NCBI GenBank assembly: GCA_028288925.1
Contig: JAQGHG010000019.1
Span: 8,047-72,046 of the forward strand
DNA length: 64,000 bases
Source: Patescibacteria group bacterium
GTDB taxonomy: Bacteria; Patescibacteriota; Saccharimonadia; UBA4664
Direction of reading: 5' to 3'
Below, in pieces: positions 19,115 through 32,407 of the stretch (position 1 is its first letter; each line of letters begins with the position of its first letter). The notes under the pieces are model-generated. The model was not told where the DNA came from. It saw only the letters and a list, made by a program, of their open reading frames with translations, and did no database searches. Both the position numbers and the translations under genes were made by a program.

Positions 19115-20752
19115 CTACTTTCCTCCTCGTATCAATTCGTACATTCGCCCCTCGTAGGGGCCCAATTCTACCAACCCATCCAGCGGTTCCTGGCCGTCGC
19201 CATCCACTACCTCTGTGCCGGCCACCCATGCGCCCACCTTACCCTTAAGTGTTACTACCGCGTGGTGATTATCAAAGTTCAATATCACCAAGAAGCGTTG
19301 TAGTTCTGTCTCACGAATGTAGCCATAGACATACGGATTATCCAACTGCAATGAGCGGTAGTCCCCCTCCGTCAAAGCCGGCGATTGGGTCCGCAAATGG
19401 ATCAAATGCCGGTACAAGTTCAAACTTGAACTCGGCTGGCGCGACTCTTGCTCCACATTGAGGTGAGCGGCCGTGGAAGCGATTGGTAGCCACGGCACAC
19501 CCGTTGTAAATCCTGCATCAATATCACTATTCCAGGGCATGGGTCCGCGTGCGACATCCCGGCCCAGGCCATATCCCGGCACCCGAATCCCCCATGGATC
19601 CCGGCGCTGATTCTTATTAACGTGTGTATCACTCAGCCCCAGCTCTTCACCGTAGTACACCACCGGCAGCCCCCGTAGTGTCAGCTGCAACATCCCCAAG
19701 AGCCGTGCCCGTTGCGGCCCTACCCGCTTCACCAGGCGGTGCCGGTCATGATTGCCCAACACATAATTTGGCCAGTCATTCGGCCCCAGCATAGCCTCAT
19801 ATTCATCGATAAAGCTCCGAAAATAATGCGCGCCCCAGCTCAGCCCCATCAGATTGAAGTTGAACGGAGCATGCAGAGGGTGCTCCCGGCAAGCCTGGTA
19901 GAGATCACGCAGCCCGGCGATATTCAAATACGCCTCGCTCAGCAAAAAAGTATCGGCCTTATGCGCCAGCACCTCGCAAAACGAGCCGATCACACTCCCC
20001 AGCTCCTGCTGGCCCGAGCTATGCACTCGCGAAAACATATCCGCCGGGTCCGAGATACCCGGCCGGTAGTTCGGGTTCGGTTCATCATCCCGCAGCACTT
20101 TGTCCTTCACCAAGCCATAAACAGCGTCCGTTCGGAAACCGTCCACGCCCTTGTCGAGCCAAAACCGCAGCACGTCCAACATCGCGTCGCGCACACCTGG
20201 GTTGCGCCAGTTCAAGTCCGGCTGTTCGGGCAAAAAAGAATGCATATAATACTGGCCCGTCGTCTCATCGAGTGTCCAAGCCGGCCCGCCGAAACGGCTC
20301 AGCCAATTGTTTGGTGGACCGCCATCCCCGGCCGGATCAGCCCAGATGTACCAGTCGCGCTTAAGACTCTTTCGGCTCGCGCGCGCCTCCTCGAACCATT
20401 CATGCAAAATCGAAGTGTGATTCGGCACATAATCAAGCAGCAGCTTCATCCCTCGCCGGTGCACCTCGGCCAGCAGCCGCTCAAAGTCAGCCATAGTCCC
20501 AAACCGCGGATCAATAGCGGTATGGTCCACCACATCGTAACCCCAATCCGCCATCGGCGACACGTACACCGGCGACAACCATATCGCCTCCACCCCCAGA
20601 GACTCAGACGTACCATCGTTCAGATAATCCAAATGCTGGATAATCCCCTTGAGATCACCAAAACCGTCTCCATCCGAATCAGCGAAGCTCAAAGGATAGA
20701 TGTGATACAGCGTCGCCCGGTGATACCACGGCTCTTGGTAGGCAGGATTCAT
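19115..20752 (-). CDS. GH13 alpha-glucosidase
   Basis: YHIYPLSFADSDGDGFGDL, DYVPNHTS, QPDLNW, GVDGFRTDA, LGNHD, YYGEELG. Confidence 0.93.
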   Translation of the reverse strand: MNPAYQEPWYHRATLYHIYPLSFADSDGDGFGDLKGIIQHLDYLNDGTSESLGVEAIWLSPVYVSPMADWGYDVVDHTAIDPRFGTMADFERLLAEVHRRGMKLLLDYVPNHTSILHEWFEEARASRKSLKRDWYIWADPAGDGGPPNNWLSRFGGPAWTLDETTGQYYMHSFLPEQPDLNWRNPGVRDAMLDVLRFWLDKGVDGFRTDAVYGLVKDKVLRDDEPNPNYRPGISDPADMFSRVHSSGQQELGSVIGSFCEVLAHKADTFLLSEAYLNIAGLRDLYQACREHPLHAPFNFNLMGLSWGAHYFRSFIDEYEAMLGPNDWPNYVLGNHDRHRLVKRVGPQRARLLGMLQLTLRGLPVVYYGEELGLSDTHVNKNQRRDPWGIRVPGYGLGRDVARGPMPWNSDIDAGFTTGVPWLPIASTAAHLNVEQESRQPSSSLNLYRHLIHLRTQSPALTEGDYRSLQLDNPYVYGYIRETELQRFLVILNFDNHHAVVTLKGKVGAWVAGTEVVDGDGQEPLDGLVELGPYEGRMYELIRGGK

Positions 20753-20782
20753 GTGTCTATCGTATCACTTATTGGACGGCCG

Positions 20783-22132
20783 CTACATGAGACGCTTGGG
20801 AATAGCCCCGTTCAGCTTCACGCCCACTCGCCGCAGTGTCTTGCGCGGGTTCCGGACCAATTCCTGCAGTGGCGTGATCGTAAGTACCCGCTCCACGTAT
20901 GGCGTCTCCTCCGCCCGCAGGTATTTGTCGCATAATCGCGTGAACACACTATTAGTCCACCCAAACCCGGTCTGCGAAGGATACAACCCTTCCACCGGCT
21001 CCTCATGGATCTTCACCACGTTGTACTTCTCGAAAAATTCACCCTTCTCTTCGAATTGCACCAGGTTTGCCTCAATCCACTTGCGCGCCACCCGCTCAGC
21101 CGCCACATGGTAGCCGTAACGCTCCATCGCCTCGATAGCCACCAGCTGCAGCGGCGCCCAGCCGTTCGGGTACGCCCACTGGGTCGGTACCGGCATTTTG
21201 ATCTCCGGCTCCCGTGCCGTCGTCGTCAGTCCGCCCTCAAACTCAAACTTCTCCAGCTGCTTCATGATCCGCTCGGCTGTATCGGCGTCGTCCATACCGG
21301 CCCACATTGGGAAGAAAGCCGCCAGCGACCACACCTTGCCCTGCTTGCTCGTCATATAGTTGTAGTCAAAGTAAAAACCCTGCTCTTCGTCCCACAGATA
21401 GTTCCGCACAGCTGCCCGCCGGGCCAAGGCCCGCTTGGCCCACTCCCGGGCTTCTTCCTCTTCGCCCAATATCAGAGCCGCTTTCTCGAAATCCCGCTCA
21501 TACTTGTACAACAACGCGTTCAGATCTATCGGTAAATACGACAACGCCTTGCGGTCGAACCGCGTCGTCATATCCCATCCACTCTCACACTCGGCCAAAT
21601 CATCCAGCACGTCCACATGATAGTAGCGCGACAGCCCATGATACACCTGGCGCCAATTTGGGTGAGACGTCCCCATCCACACCATGCGATACTCATTCTT
21701 GGCCACCGTCATCGCCTGCTCCAGCCAACGCTTATTCTGTTCCACCTGGTACACCTGCAAGATGAAGTTCGTCAAAAACGGCGGCTGCGACCGCCCGGTG
21801 TGGTACGTCCGCCCGGCATTCGGGATGATCTGAAACCGGTCCATCATCGACATCAGATCCTCTACCAAGCCTTTGAGCAAATGCTCACGATGCGTGCCCA
21901 AAAAGCCCTGAGCAATAAAGTAGGTGTCCCAATAATAAATTTCCTCATACGAGAAGCCGGTGTCATTAGCCACACTTGGCACAAAATAAGGCCGCGGCAA
22001 ACCCACCAACGTACCATCGTCATGCGGCTTAAACTTCTCCAACCGCTTCCAATACCCTTCGATATACTCTAAGGCCGGCTTCAAACGCGCGGGTGAAAAT
22101 TGCGGACCAAGTTTGCTACTGTGCGTACTCAT
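20783..22132 (-). CDS. GH37 alpha,alpha-trehalase (no signal peptide)
   Basis: EIYYWDTYF, IPNAGR, RSQPP, ESGWD, QWAYPNGWAP, EKYNV, GFGWTN. Confidence 0.93.
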   Translation of the reverse strand: MSTHSSKLGPQFSPARLKPALEYIEGYWKRLEKFKPHDDGTLVGLPRPYFVPSVANDTGFSYEEIYYWDTYFIAQGFLGTHREHLLKGLVEDLMSMMDRFQIIPNAGRTYHTGRSQPPFLTNFILQVYQVEQNKRWLEQAMTVAKNEYRMVWMGTSHPNWRQVYHGLSRYYHVDVLDDLAECESGWDMTTRFDRKALSYLPIDLNALLYKYERDFEKAALILGEEEEAREWAKRALARRAAVRNYLWDEEQGFYFDYNYMTSKQGKVWSLAAFFPMWAGMDDADTAERIMKQLEKFEFEGGLTTTAREPEIKMPVPTQWAYPNGWAPLQLVAIEAMERYGYHVAAERVARKWIEANLVQFEEKGEFFEKYNVVKIHEEPVEGLYPSQTGFGWTNSVFTRLCDKYLRAEETPYVERVLTITPLQELVRNPRKTLRRVGVKLNGAIPKRLM

Positions 22133-22168
22133 CGTGTATGTGTCTTTCCCAATGTAATGATACTTATG

Positions 22169-22202
22169 TTACAAGACTATAGGGCGCCCTATACCTTGTA
22201 AA
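22169..22202 (-). promoter_or_regulatory. Trehalase-operon promoter (TTTACA-17-TAGTCT) with palindromic operator TATAGGGCGCCCTATA
   Basis: Perfect 16-bp palindrome at 22178-22193 with outer arms TTACAAG/CTTGTAA. Confidence 0.7.
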
Positions 22203-22309
22203 GCGAGGGGCTAGTCGAAATAAAACACGCCCCAATTATCGCCCTGGAGCGCCTCTCTCCTCTACGCTAACCTGAGGCCGAATCAGTGTCAACCGCTCAT
22301 ATCAGGAGC

Positions 22310-23398
22310 TTATTTTAAGAGCTCTTGGACCTTGGCTTGAACGGCACTAAAATCACCTTCTACCGGCACCAGATCGCTCCCGCCACCATTGCGCAAAAGC
22401 CCTTCGGTAGACGTGGAAAGCACGAAATTGCGAGGCTCGTTCTGCTTGGCAGCCTGCCAACCCTGGGCAAACTGCAACATCTGCACCGCCCCCATATCGG
22501 TCGAAATGCCCGAATGCACCGCCGTCACCACAGGTGTCAGCCGCGCCGGATTCAGCAGCACGTCCCACCGCACCACTTTGTCGCGTACAAGGTTCAGCAC
22601 CTCTTGCTGCCGCGCCGCCCGGCCAAAATCATCCCCACAGGTACCCTTGCGACAGCGCGCGTACTGCAGCGCCCGAGTCCCGTCCATGTGCTGCAAGCCC
22701 GGTTGAATATCCAGGCCGCAGGACTTCGATTCATTGGCGTCGCAGGGATACTCCGGATCGTACAGCCGGTCCTTCACGTTCACATCGATACCACCCACGG
22801 CGTCCACCATCTGGCGCAGACCAGAGAAATTCGTCTTCACGTAATAATGAATTGAGATACCCAAAGTATTACTCACCACCTGCTCAGCCAGCGGCGTCCC
22901 ACCGTACGCGTTGGCCGAGTTAATCTTGCCCTTGCCATAGCCTGGAATATCCACCCGCAAATCACGCGGAATACTTATCTGCGTCACCTTCTTGCTGTGC
23001 GCGTCCAAGCTCACCACCATCATCGTGTCCGACAGCTTCTCGGCGGCGTGACCCGGATCGCCGATACCCAGCACCAAAACATTGGTCCGACCATTCAAAT
23101 CACTAGCCAAACCGGTCAATTGCAAGGGATTCGTAGATATTTTCGCAACACTTGAAGCAATATAAGCCCCGTAGCCGACAGCCCCCAGTACTATTAACAA
23201 CACGAGGACCACAAACACCCGCCCAATCTTGGAGCCCAAACTGCGGCCCTGCCGCCCGCGCCGCGGAGTAGGCACCGGCTGGAGCGGTCCACCCGCATTC
23301 CTACCCGGTAATGATGTCACATATTGATCCGGTGTCGGCATATACGGTTTCTCTGCCGGCCGTTCATCCCCGAAGTGCGATTGCTTGCGCTCGCTCAT
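22310..23398 (-). CDS. LytR-CpsA-Psr (LCP) family protein
   Basis: TNVLVLG, SDTMMV, SIPRDL, KINSA, VDAVGGIDV, DFGRAARQQ. Confidence 0.93.
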   Translation of the reverse strand: MSERKQSHFGDERPAEKPYMPTPDQYVTSLPGRNAGGPLQPVPTPRRGRQGRSLGSKIGRVFVVLVLLIVLGAVGYGAYIASSVAKISTNPLQLTGLASDLNGRTNVLVLGIGDPGHAAEKLSDTMMVVSLDAHSKKVTQISIPRDLRVDIPGYGKGKINSANAYGGTPLAEQVVSNTLGISIHYYVKTNFSGLRQMVDAVGGIDVNVKDRLYDPEYPCDANESKSCGLDIQPGLQHMDGTRALQYARCRKGTCGDDFGRAARQQEVLNLVRDKVVRWDVLLNPARLTPVVTAVHSGISTDMGAVQMLQFAQGWQAAKQNEPRNFVLSTSTEGLLRNGGGSDLVPVEGDFSAVQAKVQELLK

Positions 23399-23532
23399 GT
23401 GTTGTACCCAGTGCTTATCACGCTGTTATTATAGTCCTTTTGCTATGATGCAGCCCAATTCTCGATATAAAACTGGACAGAACATAAGTATTATGATACA
23501 ATAGTAGTGTCAGTAGTTCCTTCGACAGTTAG

Positions 23533-24041
23533 GTGCAAACCATGCGCAAGCTCATCGTGGTATTGGTGAAGACTGTTATGTGGCTCGTACTACCGGTTGC
23601 GGTAGGGGCGGTCATATTCACCTCGTTTGACCCGTCCGGGCTCCACCAGCCCACAGTAGACGGGCACCCGGTGTGGGTCTCTGTAGACGGAGTCCACTTT
23701 GATGTTCAGGCCTTTTGGGGCGGGAAGAGCTTTAAGCCCAACCGCCTGAACAGCGGCGAAATCCCTTGCCGGATACTGGGCGCCCACAGCGCCAATGAGT
23801 ACCACGTCGTCAAGCTCAAGCTGGCGACCGCAAAGGCACCCGCAAGCGTCACCTGCAAGGGCACAAAGTTCGACGAAAGCGAGTCCGGATTATTCAGCTA
23901 CGCACAACCATGCGGAGACCGATACCCAAAGAGGTACTGCCACCCGTTGTCCCTGTCCGACCTGCTCTCGAAGAGCAAATATACGCCCATGCCGCACCCA
24001 GCGGTATGGGCGCGGTTCATGTTCAGCGGTATGCTATCTGT

Positions 24042-24045
<4 letters not shown>
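23533..24045 (+). CDS. Hypothetical exported/membrane protein
   Basis: N-terminal hydrophobic helix; promoter TGGACA-17-TACAAT at 23474-23502. Confidence 0.55.
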
Positions 24046-27000
<2,955 letters not shown>

Positions 27001-27103
27001 TTAGGTAAATAAAAAGATAGGCCCGCCGCAAGCGTTCTCGGATTGATTCGGGAACGCCAAAATGCATAGGACCTATAATGACAAGATTATAGCAGAACAA
27101 TCA

Positions 27104-27679
27104 TCAAAACGTTCGCGGACTTGGCTCCACCCGGTGGTCCACGATCCCCGCCACGTCAGTCACGGGCAAAGTTCCCCACTCGTCAGAATCATACGACCCA
27201 CCCGGTACCGCATTGTCGCCAATTACATACAAGGCGCCCGCGCCGACCGTCATCTCGTACTGGCCGTAAGCGTTGCCATTCGGAACAGCCCCCTGGGGAT
27301 ACGAAATACCTTCGGGATCTGCCGGTGTGTATACCGTGGTCAACTTCACGTTAGAAAAATACTTCATTACCACCCGGTCGCCACCCACCGCGGCCACTCG
27401 CCGGCAATAAATCTTCGAGGTGTCCTTGGGATAATGCAAAATAATTACGTCGCCGCGCTTAACGCCGGAGGCCTCGAGCTTGGCCATCAGCCAATCACCG
27501 TCTTTAATCGTCGGGCTCATCGAATTTCCGCGCACATGATACTTCACATGGCCGGCCTCGGGAGTGCTTGCCGGCTTGCCTACATCGCTGCCGTTCGAGT
27601 TCCAAGCATATACGGCGCCTAGGGCCAAGACCGAGGCCACTAGCGTACCGCCAAATATCAAGAGGATTTTTTTCTTCAT
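27104..27679 (-). CDS. Signal peptidase I (S26)
   Basis: GNSMSPT, RGDVI, YVIGDN...SYDS; expected catalytic Lys position reads CRRV. Confidence 0.8.
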   Translation of the reverse strand: MKKKILLIFGGTLVASVLALGAVYAWNSNGSDVGKPASTPEAGHVKYHVRGNSMSPTIKDGDWLMAKLEASGVKRGDVIILHYPKDTSKIYCRRVAAVGGDRVVMKYFSNVKLTTVYTPADPEGISYPQGAVPNGNAYGQYEMTVGAGALYVIGDNAVPGGSYDSDEWGTLPVTDVAGIVDHRVEPSPRTF

Positions 27680-27858
27680 AACCGCAGACTACTGTATCAA
27701 AAAAATGGCTCAGTTTCGAGCATTACTGCTACCCAAAGAATTACTTTTAATAAGATATCGTGATATATATCAAAAAACATTGCTCCAAGAGCTACCATAA
27801 GCAGCCGACAAATTAATGTCGAAATAATCATAAATCTCGCAAAAATGCGAAAAAGGAT

Positions 27859-28512
27859 TTATTGGACCTGCACGACCTCTACATCAAACACCAACACCGC
27901 TTTAGCCGGGATGCCACCATTAGCCTGATCGCCATAGCCTCCCGCGGGAGGTACGATTATCCGCCGCCGGCCTCCAGACTTCATGCCCACCAAGCCGGCT
28001 TCAAACCCCGATATCACCCGATGCTCACCGACTGTAAAGGCCAGCGCCTGGCCTTTGGCGTACGAATCATCAAATAACTTGCCGTCAGTCAGCCACCCGC
28101 GATAATTCACCACCACCTTACTTCCGGCCTTCACCTCAGCCCCGGTCCCCTTCGCCAGGTCCCCAAACATCACCTCCTGGGACTCCTTATACTTCTCGTA
28201 TCGCGCCAGCTCTTCGGACGACGGCGCGGCCGTTTGACCGGCGCCCGAAGCGCTGCCCTGACTGCCCTTATCCAAATCCAAGACACTCTTCGCCGAAGCT
28301 GAGCCACCTTTGTCAGATCCACCACTCAAGTTTACCCCCTGAGCGCCCTGAGTACCGGATGTGTCCAGCGCGATCGAGCCCCCTTGGGACCTCACCGGCG
28401 TCGCATTCCGCGCCGCGCCATCCTGCTGAATATTCCACCACCACACCCCCACTCCAACAACAGCCAACCCCGCCAGCCCAGCGCCTGCGGCCGCCACAAC
28501 GCGCCTGATCAT
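27859..28512 (-). CDS. Membrane-anchored FKBP-type peptidyl-prolyl isomerase
   Basis: VNYRGWLTDGKLFD, VISGFEAG, GGRRRIIVPP, LVFDVE. Confidence 0.92.
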   Translation of the reverse strand: MIRRVVAAAGAGLAGLAVVGVGVWWWNIQQDGAARNATPVRSQGGSIALDTSGTQGAQGVNLSGGSDKGGSASAKSVLDLDKGSQGSASGAGQTAAPSSEELARYEKYKESQEVMFGDLAKGTGAEVKAGSKVVVNYRGWLTDGKLFDDSYAKGQALAFTVGEHRVISGFEAGLVGMKSGGRRRIIVPPAGGYGDQANGGIPAKAVLVFDVEVVQVQ

Positions 28513-29456
28513 GCCACTGTTGTTCCCTTGGTCCTACGCGGCGTCTCGACCTCCACCTGAATATGTTGCACCTCCGGCACATCGACCTTCACGGCCGCCT
28601 TTAGGTCATCCATTAGCTGCTCAATCTCCATGGTCTTCAAGTTATGATCAATATGCACTTCCATATTCACCATCACCTTCTCGGAGCCCATTTGCATCGT
28701 CCGCAGGTCTAAGACTCGGTGCACGCCCTTTACCTTCTCGGCTACGTGCTTGATACGGTGCTCCATCTCCGGCGAGGCGCTGCGGCCCACAATAAAACTC
28801 TTTACCTCCAAGATCAGCAACACCGCGAACACCGCGCAACACACCCCCACGACAATCGCGCCCAAACCGTCCAGCCGCCCATCGCCCGTAATTCCGTAAA
28901 ATATCAGCGATATCAACCCCAGCACCGAAGCCACCGAGCCCATGAGATCTAGAATAAGCGTCGCCTTGGTCTCGATGAAGGTCGAGGCCCGTATATGCTG
29001 CCACCATACCTTCAAACCATCCCGGCGGCGCAGCTCCAACCGCCGCATACTCAATCCAAAGGCATACGTATTAGTCACGAAGCCAATCACCAACACCGCG
29101 TAAGCCAGCGGCAAATGATGTATCGGCATCGGATGGAACAATCTCTGTAGACCAAAATACAACGAAAACCCAGAGGTCAGTACCAGCATCGACAATCCGG
29201 CCATCAAGATCCAAAAGAATAATTCCTTGCCATAGCCAAACTGATGCTTCCGATTAGCCCTCTTCCGCGAACGGTGCAACCCCACCCACAATAAACCCGA
29301 AGTCAGCAAATCGGCGAAGCCCTGCATGGCCTCTGTAAATATCACGACACTCCCGCTCAAGAGTGCTACTCCAAAGTTCAAAACTACGTCTATAAAATCG
29401 ACCGCAAAGGAAGTTACAATCACCCTTCGCGCTGAAATTCGTCTTTTATGTGTCAT
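28509..29456 (-). CDS. Cation diffusion facilitator transporter
   Basis: SGSV, HQFGYGKE, 6 TM, cytoplasmic dimerisation domain. Confidence 0.9.
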   Translation of the reverse strand: MTHKRRISARRVIVTSFAVDFIDVVLNFGVALLSGSVVIFTEAMQGFADLLTSGLLWVGLHRSRKRANRKHQFGYGKELFFWILMAGLSMLVLTSGFSLYFGLQRLFHPMPIHHLPLAYAVLVIGFVTNTYAFGLSMRRLELRRRDGLKVWWQHIRASTFIETKATLILDLMGSVASVLGLISLIFYGITGDGRLDGLGAIVVGVCCAVFAVLLILEVKSFIVGRSASPEMEHRIKHVAEKVKGVHRVLDLRTMQMGSEKVMVNMEVHIDHNLKTMEIEQLMDDLKAAVKVDVPEVQHIQVEVETPRRTKGTTVA

Positions 29457-29512
29457 TCTTAGATCTTACTATAGCACCAATCAACAAACTCCAAGCATGT
29501 ATACTTATCCCT

Positions 29513-30706
29513 ATGCCCCGCCTACCACACTCCCACAACGCCCTTATCCGGCGCCTCCTGCCTCTCTACATCTCAGCCTTTCTGCAAGGTTTTGTGCTGT
29601 GGTACGCCATCGAAAAGCTCTTCATGGTGCACATCGGCTTTACCGCCTCGGGCATCGGCCTCATGGCCGCGGCCTTTTCGCTCGCCACACTCTTACTAGA
29701 AACACCCTCCGGCATCCTAGCCGACCGTTGGAGCCGGCGCGGGGTCCTTATGCTGGCCAGCCTGGCGTTAGCCGTCAGCTCGCTCATCTGCGGCCTCACC
29801 AGCTCCATTCCGGTGTACATCATAGGCACCGCCTTCTGGGGAATGTTCTTCGCCTTTTATTCCGGCACCTACGACGCCATCATCTACGATGCGCTGCTCG
29901 AAGACACCGGCGGTAGCCATGGCTACAAGCGCTACTACGGCTATGTCCGTATGCTCGACGGTACCGCTCTCGTCAGCGGCGCTCTTATAGGCGCCTTCAT
30001 CGGCTCGGTCTTCAGTCTCCGGGCGCCCTTCCTCATCACCGTTCCCATCGCGATCCTCTCCATCGCCACCTTAGCCTTCTTCCACGAACCCAAGCTCCAC
30101 CGGGCCAAGGAGGCCGATCCCATCCTCCAGCACGTCCGCGCCACCTTCAGCACGGTCATCCGCCACAAGAGCTCAGCTATGGGCACACTCGTAGTGCTGG
30201 TCCTGGGCGCCACGCTTGTAGACACCGTCATGGAGTTCAATCAGCTCTGGCTCATTGCCATCGCCACCCCCGTTGGCCTCTTCGGCATAGCCACGGGCAT
30301 TGTGTTGGCGGCATATGGTCTCTCCGGCTTGCTCGCCAATCGCCTCCAGCTCAAAAAGCCGCTATACGTTGTAATGTTATCTACGCTTATGACTATTTCT
30401 AGCCTCGTACTCATACTCGCGCATATCGTCTGGCTAATCGTCCCTGCTCAAGCCGTCGTCGTAGTGAGCCTACTTAGCCTCGGTATCGAATACACCCATC
30501 GGCTCCACGACCGCCTGCCCTCCCACCTCCGCGCCGGCGCCTCCTCGGCCGTCAGCAGCGCCGGGCGGGCGCTATTCATCCTAGTCTCGCTTGTCTTCGG
30601 CTGGATCACACAGCACTACAGCGTCTTTGTCGCCGGCTGGCTCATCTTCATCCCCCTCATCGTCATTTGCCTATTCCTCTATCGCACCGCGAGGCGCCCG
30701 GCATGA
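29513..30706 (+). CDS. MFS transporter
   Basis: ETPSGILADRWSRR, FYSGT..A..YD, 12 TM. Confidence 0.88.
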   Translation: MPRLPHSHNALIRRLLPLYISAFLQGFVLWYAIEKLFMVHIGFTASGIGLMAAAFSLATLLLETPSGILADRWSRRGVLMLASLALAVSSLICGLTSSIPVYIIGTAFWGMFFAFYSGTYDAIIYDALLEDTGGSHGYKRYYGYVRMLDGTALVSGALIGAFIGSVFSLRAPFLITVPIAILSIATLAFFHEPKLHRAKEADPILQHVRATFSTVIRHKSSAMGTLVVLVLGATLVDTVMEFNQLWLIAIATPVGLFGIATGIVLAAYGLSGLLANRLQLKKPLYVVMLSTLMTISSLVLILAHIVWLIVPAQAVVVVSLLSLGIEYTHRLHDRLPSHLRAGASSAVSSAGRALFILVSLVFGWITQHYSVFVAGWLIFIPLIVICLFLYRTARRPA

Positions 30707-31422
30707 CCGATTACGATATCTTTGCCCCCTTCTACGACACGGTCATGGGCGACCGCCAAGACGTCATCGCCATCATCCAGGACCTCGCCGCGCGCCACCA
30801 CCCGTCCGCTCAGACCATGCTGGAGCTTGGCTGCGGTACCGGCGGCATCCTAGCCGGCTTCCAGGACCAATACACGCTCACCGGAATCGATCAATCCGCC
30901 CAAATGCTCCAAATAGCCCACCAAAAACTCCCAGAAGGCACATTCCATCGAGGTACCATCGCCGGGTTCGAGCTCCACCAGACCTTCGATATCATCATTT
31001 GTGTCTTCGACACCATCAACCACCTCACGAGCTTCGCCGATTGGCAAAAACTCTTTGCCGACGCCCAGAAACACCTCAGCACAAATGGATTGTTCATCTT
31101 CGATATGAACACTATCGGCCGCCTGCGAGCCCTCACCACCGCCCCGGGCTACACTCAGGATATCCCGAACGGCGTCATGGACATGACCATCACGCCCATC
31201 TCCACCAATGAAGTTGAGTGGCACATCGTTATCCAGGAATCCCAGTCCGACGGCCTCATTCAGGTCTACGAAGAGCAAGTCCGCGAGGCCTCGTTCCCAT
31301 TAAGCCAAGTCGAACGCGAGCTGGCTTCACAGTCCTTCAGCCTGCTCCAGGCTTTCGACTCCGATCACGCTAGCCCCTCCGATTCATCCGACCGCGTCTA
31401 CTACGCCTGTCACCGTTTGTGA
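30703..31422 (+). CDS. Class I SAM-dependent methyltransferase
   Basis: LELGCGTG, GIDQSAQML, DTINHL, GLFIFD. Confidence 0.9.
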   Translation: MTDYDIFAPFYDTVMGDRQDVIAIIQDLAARHHPSAQTMLELGCGTGGILAGFQDQYTLTGIDQSAQMLQIAHQKLPEGTFHRGTIAGFELHQTFDIIICVFDTINHLTSFADWQKLFADAQKHLSTNGLFIFDMNTIGRLRALTTAPGYTQDIPNGVMDMTITPISTNEVEWHIVIQESQSDGLIQVYEEQVREASFPLSQVERELASQSFSLLQAFDSDHASPSDSSDRVYYACHRL

Positions 31423-31808
31423 CGTTTAAAGTAATCGATCACGTACTTACGAGCCAATACTGAAAGTCCATTCGCTTCAAAGTCATCATTTCGGTGTATT
31501 TTACACAACGATTCCTCGCCGTCATACACGTATACCCTATCTTCATCCACTCCCGCCAGCACAAATACATCGGCGTCGGCATCCTCGCCATGTACTGCCA
31601 GCGTCGACCGGTACGAGTCCAGAAACTCCAAGTCGTCAGCCCGCACATCTAGCCCAGTTTCCTCGCTGAGCACCCGCACAGCCGCCCGCGCCGGCACCTC
31701 GCCGGACGTTACCACCCCTCCGAAGGCCGTCACCTTCCCGTCAGCTCTCCGCTTCATCAAGAGCTCACCTTTCGCCGATACGACCAGCACATTCACGATT
31801 TTCTTCAA
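31410..31808 (-). CDS. NUDIX hydrolase
   Basis: GGVVTSGE...AAVRVLSEETGL. Confidence 0.8.
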   Translation of the reverse strand: MKKIVNVLVVSAKGELLMKRRADGKVTAFGGVVTSGEVPARAAVRVLSEETGLDVRADDLEFLDSYRSTLAVHGEDADADVFVLAGVDEDRVYVYDGEESLCKIHRNDDFEANGLSVLARKYVIDYFKRHKR

Positions 31809-32401
31809 AGTAGTGTCCTAAAATAATACCAAAAGTGGTGCAATACAAGCGCGGCGATCCCCAAATACCACACCACCAACGCCAAATGCTTGTACTCCTG
31901 CAAGAAACCAACCGCCGGCGCCAAGACCTTCGGAACAGGCAGGTAGCCTTGGCGCACATTATAGAGCGTCGTGTACCAGAAGATTGGAATCGTAACGAGC
32001 CATACCACCATACACCACGGACACAGCGCCTGAGTCACATACACCGACTGCCCAAACAACCAATGTATGAACACAACCCCCGCAAGCGTACCGGCGTTAA
32101 ACAGCCTCCAGTACCACGCCTTATACTGCCCACCGGCCAGCAATCCGGCGCCCACCACGATCACCGCCATAAAGCCCACGAGACCCAGCCACGAGTTCGG
32201 AAAACCAAACACTTCGGCCTGCAATGTCTTCATGACACTCCCGCAGCTAATGACGGGATTGATACTGCAAGACGGTACATAATCAATATCCTGCAATAAT
32301 TGTAACTTTTCCCACGTAATTACAAACGAAGCAATCAATCCTATTATCCCCGTACCAAGCAGAAAATAGCCGTATATCTTAGATGTAGTTTTCGCTAACA
32401 T
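31805..32401 (-). CDS. Vitamin K epoxide reductase (VKOR) family protein
   Basis: CSINPVISC, FGFPNS, LCPWC. Confidence 0.92.
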   Translation of the reverse strand: MLAKTTSKIYGYFLLGTGIIGLIASFVITWEKLQLLQDIDYVPSCSINPVISCGSVMKTLQAEVFGFPNSWLGLVGFMAVIVVGAGLLAGGQYKAWYWRLFNAGTLAGVVFIHWLFGQSVYVTQALCPWCMVVWLVTIPIFWYTTLYNVRQGYLPVPKVLAPAVGFLQEYKHLALVVWYLGIAALVLHHFWYYFRTLL

Positions 32402-32407
32402 TGTGAA

